The notes: generated by a model not told the origin, from the sequence alone. A stretch of 63,535 nt of DNA, filler included, from Octopus bimaculoides (GCF_001194135.2; 5 parts of 4 records of this genome joined end to end with filler, not necessarily neighbours in it), one strand, 5' to 3'. Shown: positions 11,401 through 25,985, numbered from the whole stretch's first letter. Translations and numbers: made by a program.

Positions 11401-14400
11401 TCATCTGTTCGTTCGAACGTAAATTCGTTCGGTCGTACGCATTTACGTACGTATGTACGTTCGTTTTTTCTTTAGTTCGTTTGTTCATTCGTGCGTACGT
11501 AGGATCGTTCGTTCGTACTTTCTTATCTACGTACGTACGTTCGTTCGTTAGTTTGTACATACGTTCACACGTTGGTACGCAGGTACGTACGTACGCACGT
11601 CGTACGTACTTACGTACGTATGTACGTACCTTCGTTAGTTCTTTCGTTAGTTCTTTCGTTACTTCGTTCGATCGTTCTTATGTACGTACGTTCGTTCGTT
11701 CTTTCGTACGTGTGTACGTACCTACATACGTACGTTTGTTCTTTCGTTCGTTCGTACAATCCTTAATTTCGTTCGTTCATACGTACGTACGTTAGTTCGT
11801 TCGTTCTTACGTTCATTCGTACGGACGTACGTTCGTACGTAGGTACGAACGTACGTACGTTCCTGCGTTCGTTCTTTCGTACATACGTCATTACGTACGT
11901 ACGTTCTTTCGTTCGTACATACGTTCGCTCGTTCCTTCATTTCATTTCTTCGTTCGTTCGTTCGTACTTACTATCGTTCATTCGTACATACATATGTACG
12001 TTCATTCGCTCGATCGTTCTTTCGTACGTACGGACGTATGAATATGTTTTCGTTCGTCCGTAGGTAAGTTCGTTCGTTGTTCGTTCGTACGAATGTACTT
12101 TCGTTGGTTCATTCTTTCGTTAGTTCGTTCATTCGTACGCACGAACGTTTGTTTGTTCATTCGTGCGTACTTAGGTACCTACTTACGTACGATCGTTCAT
12201 TCGTACGGACTTATCTACGTACGTTCGTTCGTTAGGTCGTACGTAAGTACACACGTACGTTCGTTCGATCGTTCGGTCGTTCGCTCATTCGTACATACGT
12301 ACGTACGTTCGTTCATCCGTTCGTTCATACGTACGATTGTTCGTTCGTTCGTACGGACTTATCTACGTACGTACGTTCGTTCGTTAGGTCATACGTACGC
12401 ATGTACGTACGTTCGTTTGTACGTCCGAACGTACGTAGTTCGATTGTACGTGCGTACGTACGTACGTTCGTCCTTTCGTTCGTTCCTTCGATCGTACGGT
12501 TGTTCGTTCATTCGTACATACGTACGTACTTTCGTACGTACTTTCGTTCGTTCGTCCGTTCGTTCATACGTACGTTTGTTCGTTAATTCTTTCGTTCTTT
12601 CGTTCATCTGTTCGTTCGAACGTAAATTCGTTCGTTCGTACGCATTTACGTACGTATGTACATTCGTTTTTTCTTTAGTTCGTTTGTTCTTTCTTTCGTT
12701 CGTTCGTACGTACATACGTACTTTCGTCCGTACGTACGTACGTCCGTTTGTTCATTCGTTGGTTCATTCTTTCGTTCGTTCGTTTGGAGGTACGTACGTA
12801 TGTAGTTCGTTTGTTCATTCGTGCGTACGTACTTACGTACGATCTTTCGTTCTTACGTACTTATCTACGTACGTACGTTCGTTCGTTAGTTTGTACGTAC
12901 GCATGTACGTACGTTCACACGTTGGTACGCAGGTACGTACGTACGCACGTCGTACGTACTTACGTACGTTTGTACGTACCTTCGTTAGTTCTTTCGTTAC
13001 TTCGTTTGTTCGATCGTTCTTACGTACCTACGTTCGTTCGTTCATTCGTACGTATGTACGTACCTACATACGTACGTTTGTTCTTTCGTTCGTTCGTACA
13101 ATCCTTAATTTCGTTCGATCCTTCGTTCATACGTACGTACGTTAGTTCGTTCGTTCTTACGTTCGTTCGTACGTAGATACGAACGTACGTACGTTCCAGC
13201 GTTCGTTCTTTCGTACATACGTAATTACGTACGTACGTTCTTTCGTTCGTACATACGTTCGCTCGTTCCTTCATTTCTTTTCGTTCGTTCGTTCGTACGT
13301 ACTATCGTTAATTCGTACCTACGTACGTTCATTCGCTCGATCGTTCTTTCCTACGTACGGACGTATGAATATGTTTCCGTTCGCTCATTCGTTCGTCCGT
13401 ATGTAAGTTCGTTCGTTGTTCGTTCGTACGAATGTACTTTAGTTCGTTCATTCGTTGGTTCATTCTTTCGTTAGTTCGTTCGTTCGTTCGTTGTTCGTTC
13501 GTTCGTTGGACGTATGAATATGTTTCCGTTTATTCATTCGTTCGTCCGTACGTAAGTTCGTTCGTACGAATGTACGTTCGTCCTTTCGTTCGTCCTTTCG
13601 TTGGTTGATTCTTTCGTTAGTTCGTTCGNNNNNNNNNNNNNNNNNNNNNNNNNNNNNNNNNNNNNNNNNNNNNNNNNNNNNNNNNNNNNNNNNNNNNNNN
13701 NNNNNNNNNNNNNNNNNNNNNNNNNNNNNNNNNNNNNNNNNNNNNNNNNNNNNNNNNNNNNNNNNNNNNNNNNNNNNNNNNNNNNNNNNNNNNNNNNNNN
13801 NNNNNNNNNNNNNNNNNNNNNNNNNNNNNNNNNNNNNNNNNNNNNNNNNNNNNNNNNNNNNNNNNNNNNTGTTCGTTCGTTCGTTGGACGTATGAATATG
13901 TTTCCATTTATTCATTCGTTCGTCCGTACGTAAGTTCGTTCGTACGAATGTACGTTCGTCCTTTCGTTCGTCCTTTCGTTGGTTGATTCTTTCGTTAGTT
14001 CGTTCGTACGCACGAACGTTCGTTTGTTCATTTGTGCGTACGTACTTAGGTACCTACTTACGTACGATCGTTCGTTCGTTCGTAGGACTTATCTACGTAC
14101 GTACGTTCGTTCGTTAAGTCGTACGTACGCATGTACGTACGTTCGTTCGTTTGTACGTCCGAACGTACGTACGTACGATTGTTCGTGCGTACGTACGTAC
14201 GTTTGTCCTTTCGTTCGTTACTTCGATCGTACGGTCGTTCGTACATACGTACGTACGTTCGTTCGTTCGTCCGTTCGTTCATACATACGTTTGTTCGTTA
14301 ATTCTTTTGTTCTTTCGTTCATCTGTTCGTTCGAACGTAAATTCGTTCGTTCGTACGCATTTACGTACGTATGTACGTTCGTTTCTTCTTTACTTCGTTT

Positions 14401-17400
14401 GTTATTTCTTTCGTTCGTTCTCACGTTCGTTTGTTCATACGTACTTTCGTCCGTCCATCCGTACGTTCGTTTGTTCATTCGTTGGTTCATTCTGTCGATC
14501 GTTCGTTTGTATGTACGTACGTATGTACGTTCGTTTGTTCATTCGTGCGTACGTACGTTCGTTCATTCGTACATACGTACGTTCGTTCGTTCGTCCGTTC
14601 GTTCATAAGTACGTTTGTTCGTTAATTCTTTCGTTCGTCTGTTCGTTCGAACGTAAATTCGTTCTTTCGTACGCATTTACGTACGTATGTACGTTCGTTT
14701 TTTCTTTAGTTCGTTTGTTCTTTCTTTCGTTCGTTCGTACGTACATACGTACTTTCGTCCGTACGTACGTACGTTCGTTTGTTCATTCGTTGGTTCATTC
14801 TTTCGTTAGTTCGTTCGTTCTTTTGTAGGTACGTACGTATGTACGTTCGTTTGTTCATTCGTGCGTACGTACTTACGTACGATCGTTCGTTCGTACGTAC
14901 TTATCTACGTACGTACGTTCGTTCTTTAGTTTGTACGTACGCATGTACGTACGTTCACACGATGGTACGCAGGTACGTACGTACGCACGTCATACGTACT
15001 TACGTACGTATGTACGTACCTTCGTTAGTTCTTTCATTACTTCGTTCATTCGATCGTTCTTACGTACGTACGTTCGTTCGTTCATTCGTACGTATGTACG
15101 TACCTACATACGTACGTTTGTTCTTTCGTTCGTTCGTACAATCCTTAATTTCGTTCGATCCTTCGTTCATACGTACGTACGTTAGTTCGTTCGTTCATAC
15201 GTTCATTCGTACGGAGGTACGTTCGTTCGTTCGTTAGTACGTAGGTACGAACGTTCCTACGTTTGTTCTTTCGTACATACGTAATTACGTACGTACGTTC
15301 TTTCGTTCGTACATACGTTCGCTCGTTCCTTCATTTCTTTTCTTCGTTCGTTCGTTCGTACGTACTATCGTTCATTCGTACATACATACGTACGTTCATT
15401 TGCTCTATCGTTCTTTCGTACGGACGGACGTATGAATATGTTTCCGTTCGTCCGTACGTAAGTTCGTTCGTTGTTCGTTCGTACGAATGTACGTTCGTGT
15501 TTTCGTTGGTTCATTCGTTGGTTCATTCTTTCGTTTGTTCATTCGTGCGTACGTACTTAGGTACCTACTTACGTACCATCGTTTGTTCGTTCGTACTGAC
15601 TTATCTACGTACGATCGTTCGTTCGTTCGTACGGACGTATCTACGTACGTACGTTCGTTCGTTCGTACGCATTTACGTTTTTTCGTACGCATTTACGCAT
15701 TACGTTTTTTCGATCGTTCTTACGTACGTTCGTTCGTTCATTCGTACGTATGTACGTACCTACATACGTACGTTTGTCCTTTCGTTCGTTCGTACAATCC
15801 TTAATTTCGTTCATACGTACGTACGTTAGTTCGTTCGTTCTTACGTTCATTCGTACGGATGTACGCTCGTTCGTTCGTTAGTACGTAGGTACGAACGTAC
15901 GTACGTTCCTGCGTTCGTTCTTTCGTACATACGTAATTACGTACGTACGTCGTTTCGTTCGTACATACGTTAGCTCGTTCCTTCATTTCTTTTCTTCATT
16001 CGTTCGTTCGTACGTACTATCGTTAATTCGTACATACGTACGTTTATTCGCTCGATCGTTCTTTCGTACGTACGGACGTATGAATATGTTTCCGTTCGCT
16101 CATTCGTTCGTCCGTACGTAAGTTCGTTCGTTGTTCGTTCGTATGAATGTACGTTCGTCCTTTCGTTCGTTCATTCGTTGATTCATTCTTTCGTTAGTTC
16201 GTTCGTTCGCACGAACGTTCGTCTGTTCATTCGTGCGTACGTACTTAGGTACCTACTTACATACGTACACACGTACGTTCGTTCGATCGTTTGTACGTCC
16301 GAACGTACGTACGTACGATTGTTCGTGCGGACGTAGGGTACGTTCGTCCTTTCGTTTGTTCCTTCGATCGTTCGTTCGTTTGTAGGTACGTACGTATGTA
16401 CGTTCGTTTGTTCATTCGTGCGTACGTACTTACGTACGATCGTTCGTTCTTACGTACTTATCTACGTACGTACGTTCGTTCGTTAGTTTGTACGTACGCA
16501 AGTACGTACGTTCACATGTTGGTAGGCAGGTACTTACGTACGCACGTCGTTCGTACGTATGTACGTATCTACATACGTACGTTCTTTCGTTCGTACATAC
16601 GTTCGCTCGTTCCTTCATTTCTTTTCTTCGTTCGTTCGTTCGTACGTACTATCGTTCATTCGTACACACATACGTACGTTCATTCGATCGATTGTTCTTT
16701 CGTACGTACGGACGTATGAATATCTTACCGTTCGCTCATTCGTTCGTCCGTACGTAATTTCGTTCGTTGTTCGTTCGTCCTTTCGTTGGTTCATTCGTTG
16801 GTTCATTCTTTCGTTATTTCGTTCGTTCGTATGCACGAACGTTCGTTTGTTCATTCGTTCGTACGGACTTATCTACGTACGATCGTTCGTTCGTTCGTAC
16901 GGACGTCTCTACGTACGTACGTTCGTTCGTTAGGACGTACATACACATGTACGTACGTACACACGTACGTTCGTTCGTTCGATCGTTCGTTTGTACGTCC
17001 GAACGTACGTACGATTGTTCGTGCGTACGTAGGTACGTTCGTCCTTTCGTTCGTTCCTTCGATCGTTCGGTCGTTCGTTCACTCGTATATACGTACGTAC
17101 TTTCGTTCGTTCGTCCGTTCGTTCATACGTACGTTTGTTCGTTAATTCCTTCGTTCTTTCGTTCATCTGTTCGTTCGAACGTAAATGCGTTCGTTCGTAC
17201 GCATTTACGTACGTATGTACGTTCGTTTTTTCTTTAGTTCGTTTGTTCTTTCTTTCGTTCGTACGCACGTTCGTTCGTTAGTACGTACATACGTACTTTC
17301 GTCCTTACGTACGTACGTACGTTCGTTTGTTCATTCGTTGGTTCATTCTTTCGTTCGTTCGTTTGTAGGTACGTACGTATATACATTCGTTTGTTCATTC

Positions 17401-20400
17401 GTGCGTACGTACTTACGTACGATCGTTCGTTCTTACGTACTTATCTACGTACGTACGTTCGTTCGTTAGTTTGTACGTACGCATGTACGTACGTTCACAC
17501 GTTTGTACGTAGGTACGTGCGTACGCACGTCGTTCGTACTTACGTACGTATGTACGTAACTACATACGTACGTTTGATCTTTCGTTCGTTCGTACAATCC
17601 TTAATTTCGTTCGATCCTTCGTTCATACGTACGTACGTTAGTTTGTTCGTTCTTACGTTCATTCGTACGTTCGTTCGTTCGTTAGTACGTAGGTACGAAC
17701 GTACGTACGTTCCTGCGTTTGTTCTTTCGTACATACGTAATTACGTACGTACGTTCGTTCGTTAGTTTCTACGTACGCATGTACGTACGTTCACACGTTG
17801 GTACGCAGGTACGTACGTACGCACGTCGTACGTACTTACGTACGTATGTACGTAACTTAGTTAGTTCTTTCGTTACCTCGTTCATTCGTTCGATCGTTCT
17901 TACGTACGTACGTTCGTTCGTTCATTCGTACGTATGTACGTACCTACATACGTACGTTTGTTCGATCCTTCGTTCATACGTACGTACGTTAGTTCGTTCG
18001 TTCATACGTTCATTCGTACGGACGTGCGGATGTACGTTCGTTCGTTCGTTAGTACGTAGGGACGAACGTACGTACGTTCCTACGTTTGTTCTTTCGTACA
18101 TACGTAATTACGTACGTACGTTCTTTCGTTCGTTCATTCGTTGGTTCATTCTTTCGTTAGTTCGTTGGTTAGTTCGTACGCACGAACGTTCGTTTGTTCA
18201 TTCGTGCGTACGTACTTAGGTACCTACTTACGTCGATCGTTTGTTCGTTCGTACGGACTTATCTACTTACGATCGTTCGTTCGTTCGTAGGGACGTATCT
18301 ACGTACGTACGTTCGTTCGTTAGGACGTACGTACACATCTACGTACGTACACACGTACGTTCGTTCGTTCGATCGTTCGTTTGTACGTCCGAACGTACGT
18401 ACGTACGTTCGTCCTTTCGTTCGTTCCTTCGATCGTTCGGTCGTTCGTTCACTCGTACATACGTACGTACTTTCGTTCGTTCGTCCATTCGTTCATAAGT
18501 ACGTTTGTTCGTTAATTCTTTCGTTCGTCTGTTCGTTCGAACGTAAATTCGTTCGTTCGTACGCATTTACGTACGTATGTACGTTCGTTTTTTCTTTAGT
18601 TCGTTTGTTCTTTCTTTCGTTCGTACGCACGTTCGTTCGTTCGTACGTAGATACGTACTTTCGTCCGTAGATACGTACTTTCGTCCGTACGTACGTACGT
18701 TCGTTTGTTCATTCGTTGGTTCATTCTTTCGTTCGTTCGTTTGTAGGTACGTACGTATGTACGTTCGTTTGTTCATTCGTGCGTTCGTACTTACATACGA
18801 TCGTTCGTTCTTACGTACTTATCACGTTGGTGCGCAGGTACGTACGTACGTACGTCGTACGTACTTACGTACGTTTTTACGTACCTTCGTTAGTTCTTTC
18901 GTTACTTCGTTCGTTCGATCGTTCTTACGTACCTACGTTCGTTCGTTCTTACGTTCATTCGTACGGACGTACGTTCGTTCGTACGTAGATACGAACGTAC
19001 GTACGTTCCAGCGTTCGTTCTTTCGTACATACGTAATTACGTACGTACGTTCTTTCGTTCGTACATATGTTCGCTCGTTCCTTCATTTCTTTTCTTCGTT
19101 CGTTCGTTCGTACGTACTATCGTTCATTCGTACATGCATACGTACGTTCATTCGCTAGATCGTTCTTTCGTACGTACGGACGTATGAATATGTTTCCGTT
19201 TACTCATTCGTTCGTCCGTACGTAAGTTCGTTCGTACGCACGTTCGTTCGTACGAATGTACGTTCGTCCTTTCGTTCGTTCATTCGTTGGTTCATTCTTT
19301 CGTTAGTTCGTTCGTACGCACGAACGTTCGTTTGTTCATTCGTGCGTACGTACTTAGGTACCTACTTACGTACGATCGTTCGTTCGTTCGTACGGACTTA
19401 TCTACGTACGTACGTTCTTACATTAGGTCGTACGTACGCACGTACGTACGTTCGTTCGTTTGTACGTCCGAACGTATGTACGTACGATTATTCGTGCGTA
19501 CGTACGTACGTTCGTCCTTTCGTTCGTTCCTTCGATCGTACGGTCGTTCGTTCATTCGGACATACGTACGTACGTTCGTTCGTCCGTTCGTTCATAGGTA
19601 CGTTTGTTCTTTAATTCTTTTGTTCTTTCGTTCATCTGTTCGTTCATCTGTACGTTCAACGTAAATTCGTTCGTTCGTACGCATTTACGTACGTATGTAC
19701 GTTCGTTTTTTCTTTAGTTCGTTTGTTCTTCTTTTCGTTCGTACTCACGTTCGTTCGTTCGTACGTACATACGTACTTTTGTCCGAACGTACGTACGTTC
19801 GTTTGTTCATTCGTTGTTTCATTCTTTCGTTCGTTCGTTTGTAGGTACGTACGTATGTACGTTCGTTTGTTCATTCGTGCGTACGTGCTTACGTACGATC
19901 GTTCGTAAGTATTTATCTACGTACGTACGTTCGTTCGTTAGTTTGTACGTACGCATGTACGTACGTTCACACGTTGGTACGCAGGTACGTACGTACGCAC
20001 GTTGTACGTACTTACGTACGTATGTACGTACCTTCGTTAGTTCTTTCGTTACTTCGTTCGTTCTTTCGATCGTTCTTACGTACGTTCGTTCGTTCATTCG
20101 TACGTATGTACGTACCTACATACGTACGTTTGTTCTTTCGTTCGTTCGTACAATCCTTAATTTCGTTCGATCATTCGTTCATACGTACGTACGTTAGTTC
20201 GTTCATTCTTACGTTAATTCGTACGGACGTACGTTCGTTCGTACGTTAGTACGTAGGTACGAACGTACGTACGTTCCTGCTTTTGTTCTTTCGTACATAC
20301 GTAATTACGTACGTACGCTCTTTCGTTCGTACATACGTTCGCTCGTTCCTTCATTTCTTTTCGTTCGTTCGTTCGTACGTACTATCGTTAATTCGTACCT

Positions 20401-23400
20401 ACGTACGTTCATTCGCTCGATCGTTCTTTCCTACGTACGGACGTATGAATATGTTTCCGTTCGCTCATTCGTTCGTCCGTACGTAAGTTCGTTCGTTGTT
20501 CGTTCGTACGAATGTACTTTAGTTCGTTCATTCGTTGGTTCATTCTTTCGTTAGTTCGTTCGTTCGTTCGTACGCACGAACGTTCGTTTGTTCATTCGTG
20601 CGTGCGTACTTAGGTACCTACTTACGTACGATCGTACGTTCGGACTTATCTACGCACGTACGTCCGTTCCTTAGGTCGTACGTACGTACACACGTACGTT
20701 CGTTCGTTGGTTTGTACGTCCGAACGTACGTACGTACGATTGTTCGTGCGTACATGCGTACGTTCGTCCTTTCGTTCGTTCCTTCGATCGTTCGGTCGTT
20801 CGTTCATTCGTACATAGGTACGTACGTTCGTTCGTTCGTCCGTTCGTTCATACGTACGTTTGTTCTTTAATTCTTTCGTTCTTTCGATCATCTGTTCGTT
20901 CGAACGTAAATTCGTTCGTTCGTTTCTTCTTTAGTTCGTTTGTTCTTTCTTTCGTTTGTACGTACGTTCGTTTGTTCATTCGTTGGTTCATTCTGTCGTT
21001 CGTTTGTAGGTACGTACGTATGTACGTTCGCTTGTTCATTCGTGCGTACGTACTTACGTACGATCGTTCGTTCGTACGTACTTATCTACGTACGTACGTT
21101 CCTTCGTTAGTTTGTCCGTACGCATGTACGTACGATCACACGTTGGTACGCAGGTACGTACGTACGCACGTCGTTCGTACTTACGTATGTATGTACGTAC
21201 CTTCGTTAGTTCTTTCGTTACTTCGATCGTTCGTTCGATCGTTCTTACGTACGTACGTTCGTTCGTTCATTCGTACGTATGTACGTACCTACATACGTAC
21301 GTTTGTTCTTTCGTTCGTTCGTACAATCCTTAATTTCGTTCGATCCTTCGTTCATACGTACGTACGTTAGTTCGTTCGTTCTTACGTTCATTCATACGGA
21401 CATACGTTCCTTCGTTCGTTAGTCCGTAGGTACGAACGTACGTACGTTCCTGCTTTTGTTCTTTCGTACATACGTAATTACGTACGTACGTTCTTTCGTT
21501 CGTATGCTCGAACGTTCGTTTGTTCATTCGTGCGTACATTCTTAGGTACCTACTTACGTACCATCGTTCGTTCGTTCGTACGGACTTATCTACGTACGAT
21601 TGTTCGTTCGTTCGCACGGACGTCTCTACGTACGTACGTTCGTTCGTTCGATCGTTCGTTTGTACGTCCGAACGTACGTACGCTTGTTCGTGCGTACGTA
21701 CGTACGTTCGTCCTTTCGTTCGTTCCTTCGATCGTTCGGTCGTTTGTTCACTCGTACATACGTACGTACTTTCGTTCGTTCGTCCGTTCGTTCATACGTG
21801 CGTTTGTTCGTTAATTCTTTCGTGCATCTGTTCGTTCGAACCTAAATTCGTTCGTTCGTACGCATTTACGTACGTATGCGCGTTCGTTTTTTCTTTAGTT
21901 CGTTGTGTTCTTTCTTTCGTTCGTTCGTTCGTACGTACATACGTACTTTCGTCCGTACGTACGTACGTTCGTTTGTTCATTCGTTGGTTCATTCTTTCGT
22001 TCGTTCGTTTGTAGGTGCGTACGTATGTACGTTCGTTTGTTCATTCGTGCGTACGTACTTACGTTCGATCGTTCGTTCTTACGTAGTTATCTACGTACGT
22101 ACGTTCGTCTGTTTGTACGTACGCATGTACGTACGTTCACACGTTGGTACGCAGGTACGTACGTACGCACGTCGTTCGTACTTACGTACGTATGTACGTA
22201 CCTACATACGTACGTTTGTTCTTTCGTTCGTTCGTACAATCCTTTATTTCGTTCGATCCTTCGTTCATACGTACGTACGTTAGTTCGTTCGTTCTTACGT
22301 TCATTCGTACGGACGTACGTTCGTTAGTACGTATGTACGAACGTACGTACTTTCCTGCGTTCGTTCTTTCGTACATACGTAATTACGTACGTACGTTCTT
22401 TTGTTCGTACATACGTTCGCTCGTTCCTTCATTTCTTTTCTTCGTTCGTTCGTTCGTACGTACTATCGTTCATTCGTACATACATACGTACGTTCATTCG
22501 CTCGATCGTTCTTTCGTACGTACGGACGTATGAATATGTTTCCGTTCGCTCATTCGTTCGCCCGTACGTAAGTTCGTTCGTTGTTCGTTCGTCCTTTCGT
22601 TCGTTCATTCGTTGGTTCATTCCTTCGTTAGTTCGTTCGTTCGTTCGTATGCACGAACGTTCGTTTGTTCATTCGTGCGTACGTTCTTAGGTACCTACTT
22701 ACGTACGATCGTTCGTTCGTTCGTACGGACGTCTCTACGTACGTACGTTCGTTCGTTAGGACGTACGTACGCATGTACGTTCGTTCGTTCGATCGTTCGT
22801 TTGTACGTCCGAACGTACGTACGTACGATTGTTCGTGCGTACGTACGTACGTTCGTTCGTTAGTTTGTACGTACGCATGTACGTACCTTCACACGTTGGT
22901 ATGCAGGTACGTACGTACGCACGTCGTACGTATTTACGTACGTATGTACGTACCTTCGTTAGTTCTTTCGTTACTTCGTTCGTTCAATCGTTCTTACGTA
23001 CATACGTTCGTTCGTTCATTCGTACGTATGTACGTACCTACATACGTACGTTTGTTCTTTCGTTCGTTCGTACAATCCTTTATTTCGTTCGATCCTTCAT
23101 TCATACGTACGTACGTTAGTTCGTTCGTTCTTACGTTCATTCGTACGGACGTACGTTCGTTCGTTAATACGTAGGTACGAACGTACGTACGTTCCTGCGT
23201 TCGTTCTTTCGTACATACGTAATTACGTACGTACGTTCTGTCGTTCGTACATACGTTCGCTCGTTCCTTCATTTCTTTTCTTCGTTCGTTCGTTCGTACG
23301 TACTATCGTTCATTCGTACATACATACGTACTTTCATTCGCTCGATCGTTCTTTCGTACGTACGGACGTATGAATATGTTACCGGTCGCTCATTCGTTCG

Positions 23401-25270
23401 TCCATACGTAAGTTCGTTCGTACGAATGTACGTTCGTCCTTTCGTTCGTTCATTCGTTCGTTCGTTCGTTCGTACGCACGAACGTTCGTTTGTTCATTCG
23501 TGCCTACGTACTTAGGTACCTACTTACGTACGATCGTTTGTTCATTCGTACGGACTTATCTACGTACTATCGTTCGTTCGTTCGTTCGTACGGACTTATC
23601 TACGTACGTACGTTCGTTCGTTAGGTCGTACGTACGCATGTTCGTACGTACACACGTACGTTCGTTCGATCGTTCGTTTGTACGTCCTAACGTACGTACG
23701 ATTGTTCGTGCGTACGTACGTTCGTCCTTTCGTTCGTTCCTTCGATCGTACGGTCGTTCGTACATACGTACGTACGTTCGTTCGTTCGTCCGTTCGTTTA
23801 TACGTACGTTTGTTTGTTAATTCTTTCGTTCGTCTGCTCGTTCGAACGTAAATTCGTTCGTTCGTACGCATTTACGTACGTATGTACGTTCGTTCTTTCG
23901 TACATACGTAATTACGTACGTACGTTCTTTTGTTCGTACATACGTACGCTCGTTCCTTCATTTCTTTTCTTCGTTCGTTCGTTCGTACTTACTATCGTTC
24001 ATTTGTACATATATACATACGTTCATTCGCTCGATCGTTCTTTCGTACGTTCGGAAGTATGAATATGTTTCCGTTCGCTCATTCGTTCCTACGTAAGTTC
24101 GTTCGTTATTCGTTCGTACGAATGTACGTTCGTCCTTTCGTTCGTTCATTCGTTGGTTCATTCTTTCGTTAGTTCGTTGGTTCGTTCGTACGCACGAACG
24201 TACTTACGAGTGTTTGTGCGTACGTACATTCGTCCTTTCTTTCGTTCGTTCGTTCGTTCGTTCATTCGTACGTACGTTCGTTCGTCCGTCCGTCCGTTGG
24301 TACGTACGTTTGTTAATTCTTTCATTCCTCTGTTCGTTCGTTCCTTCGTACGTACGGTTTTTCGTTCGTTCGTACGTATGTACCTACATTTGTTCTATCG
24401 TTTGTCCGTACGTACGTACGTAATTACGTTCGTTCGTACTTATGTACCTTCGAAGGAACAAAAGAACGAACGAAAGTACGTAAGTACGCACGAACGAAAG
24501 AACAAATATATATATAAATATATATNNNNNNNNNNNNNNNNNNNNNNNNNNNNNNNNNNNNNNNNNNNNNNNNNNNNNNNNNNNNNNNNNNNNNNNNNNN
24601 NNNNNNNNNNNNNNNNNNNNNNNNNNNNNNNNNNNNNNNNNNNNNNNNNNNNNNNNNNNNNNNNNNNNNNNNNNNNNNNNNNNNNNNNNNNNNNNNNNNN
24701 NNNNNNNNNNNATATATATATATATATATATATATAATACGTACGTACGTTCGTTCTTTCGATCGTTCGTTCATACGTACGTTTGTTCGTTAAATCTTTC
24801 GTTCGATCGTTCGTTCGTACGAACGTACGTTCGTTCATTCGTACGGAAGTACGTACTTTCGTTCGTTCCTAGGTACGTACGTATGTACGTTCGTTTATTC
24901 ATTCGTGCGTACGTACTTAGGTACCTACTTACGTACGCTCGTTCGTTCGTTAATACATACGTTCGTTCGATCGTTCGTTTGTACGTACTTACGATTGTTC
25001 GTGCGTACGTACGTTCGTTCGTACATACGTACGTTCGCTTGTTCATTCGTGCGTACGTACGATCGTTCGTTCGTACTTATCTACGTACGTATGTTCGTTC
25101 GTTAGTTCGTACGTACGTACACACATTGGTAGCAGGTACGTACCTTCGTTAGTTCGTTCGTTTGTACGTACGTAGGATTGTTCGTGCGTACGTACGTACG
25201 TTCTTTCGTTGATTCGTACGTACGTACGTTCGTTCATTCGAAGGAACAAAAGAACGAACGAAAGTACGTA
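8441..25270 (+). repeat. ~17-kb CpG-rich satellite built from TTCG/TACG tetramers with higher-order repeat structure
   Basis: Continuous (TTCG)n/(TACG)n-derived sequence. Complex landmarks recur, e.g. CGAACGTAAATTCG at 8578, 10109, 10939, 11414, 12617, 14332, 14648, 18538, 20901, 23843 (variants at 17176, 19657, 21837). N gaps at 13629-13869 and 24526-24711. Confidence 0.95.
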
Positions 25271-25373
25271 TATATTTATATATATATATATTTATTTATA
25301 TATATATATATGTATTTATTTCTTTTATATATATATATATATACATACATATATATCTTCATTTCTTTATTTA

Positions 25374-25408
<35 letters not shown>

Positions 25409-25885
25409 TTCTTTNNNNNNNNNNNNNNNNNNNNNNNNNNNNNNNNNNNNNNNNNNGAAAGTACGTATATATTTATATATATATATATTTATTTATATAT
25501 ATATATATTTATTTATATATTAATTTATTTATATATATTTATTTATGTATATATTTATATATATATGTTTAATTATATATATATTTTTCTTTATATATAT
25601 ATTTATATATATATATATATATATTTCTTTATATATATATTCAATTATGTATATATATATATATATATTTATTTATATATATTTAGTTTATATATATTGA
25701 TTTATTTAAATATATATATATTTATTTATATATATATTTATTTCTTCATTTGTATATATATATATCTATTTATATATATTTCTTTCTTTATTTATATATA
25801 TATCTATTTATTTATATATATATATTTATTTGTATATATTTATTTATATATTTATATTTATTTATTTGTATATATTTATTTATAT
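25271..25885. repeat. Nearly pure A/T low-complexity (TA/TTTA) tract
   Basis: Directly visible; includes the gap at 25415-25456. Confidence 0.9.
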
Positions 25886-25985
25886 NNNNNNNNNNNNNNN
25901 NNNNNNNNNNNNNNNNNNNNNNNNNNNNNTTAATTAATTAANNNNNNNNNNNNNNNNNNNNNNNNNNNNNNNNNNNNNNNNNNNN
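25886..25985. other. Assembly join spacer (44N-TTAATTAATTAA-44N)
   Basis: Linker at 25930-25941. Confidence 0.95.

Noticed and set aside
13496-14005. Direct duplications flanking N gaps (also 35365-35460 and 25260/25457)
   Set aside because: Near-identical sequence on both sides of a gap is typical of unmerged contig overlaps.
8468-25249. Hundreds of long ORFs (RSFV/RTYV/NERT repeats, up to 350 aa)
   Set aside because: TTCG/TACG tetramers contain no stop codons in any frame, so the ORFs are a by-product of the satellite. They overlap in all frames on both strands.
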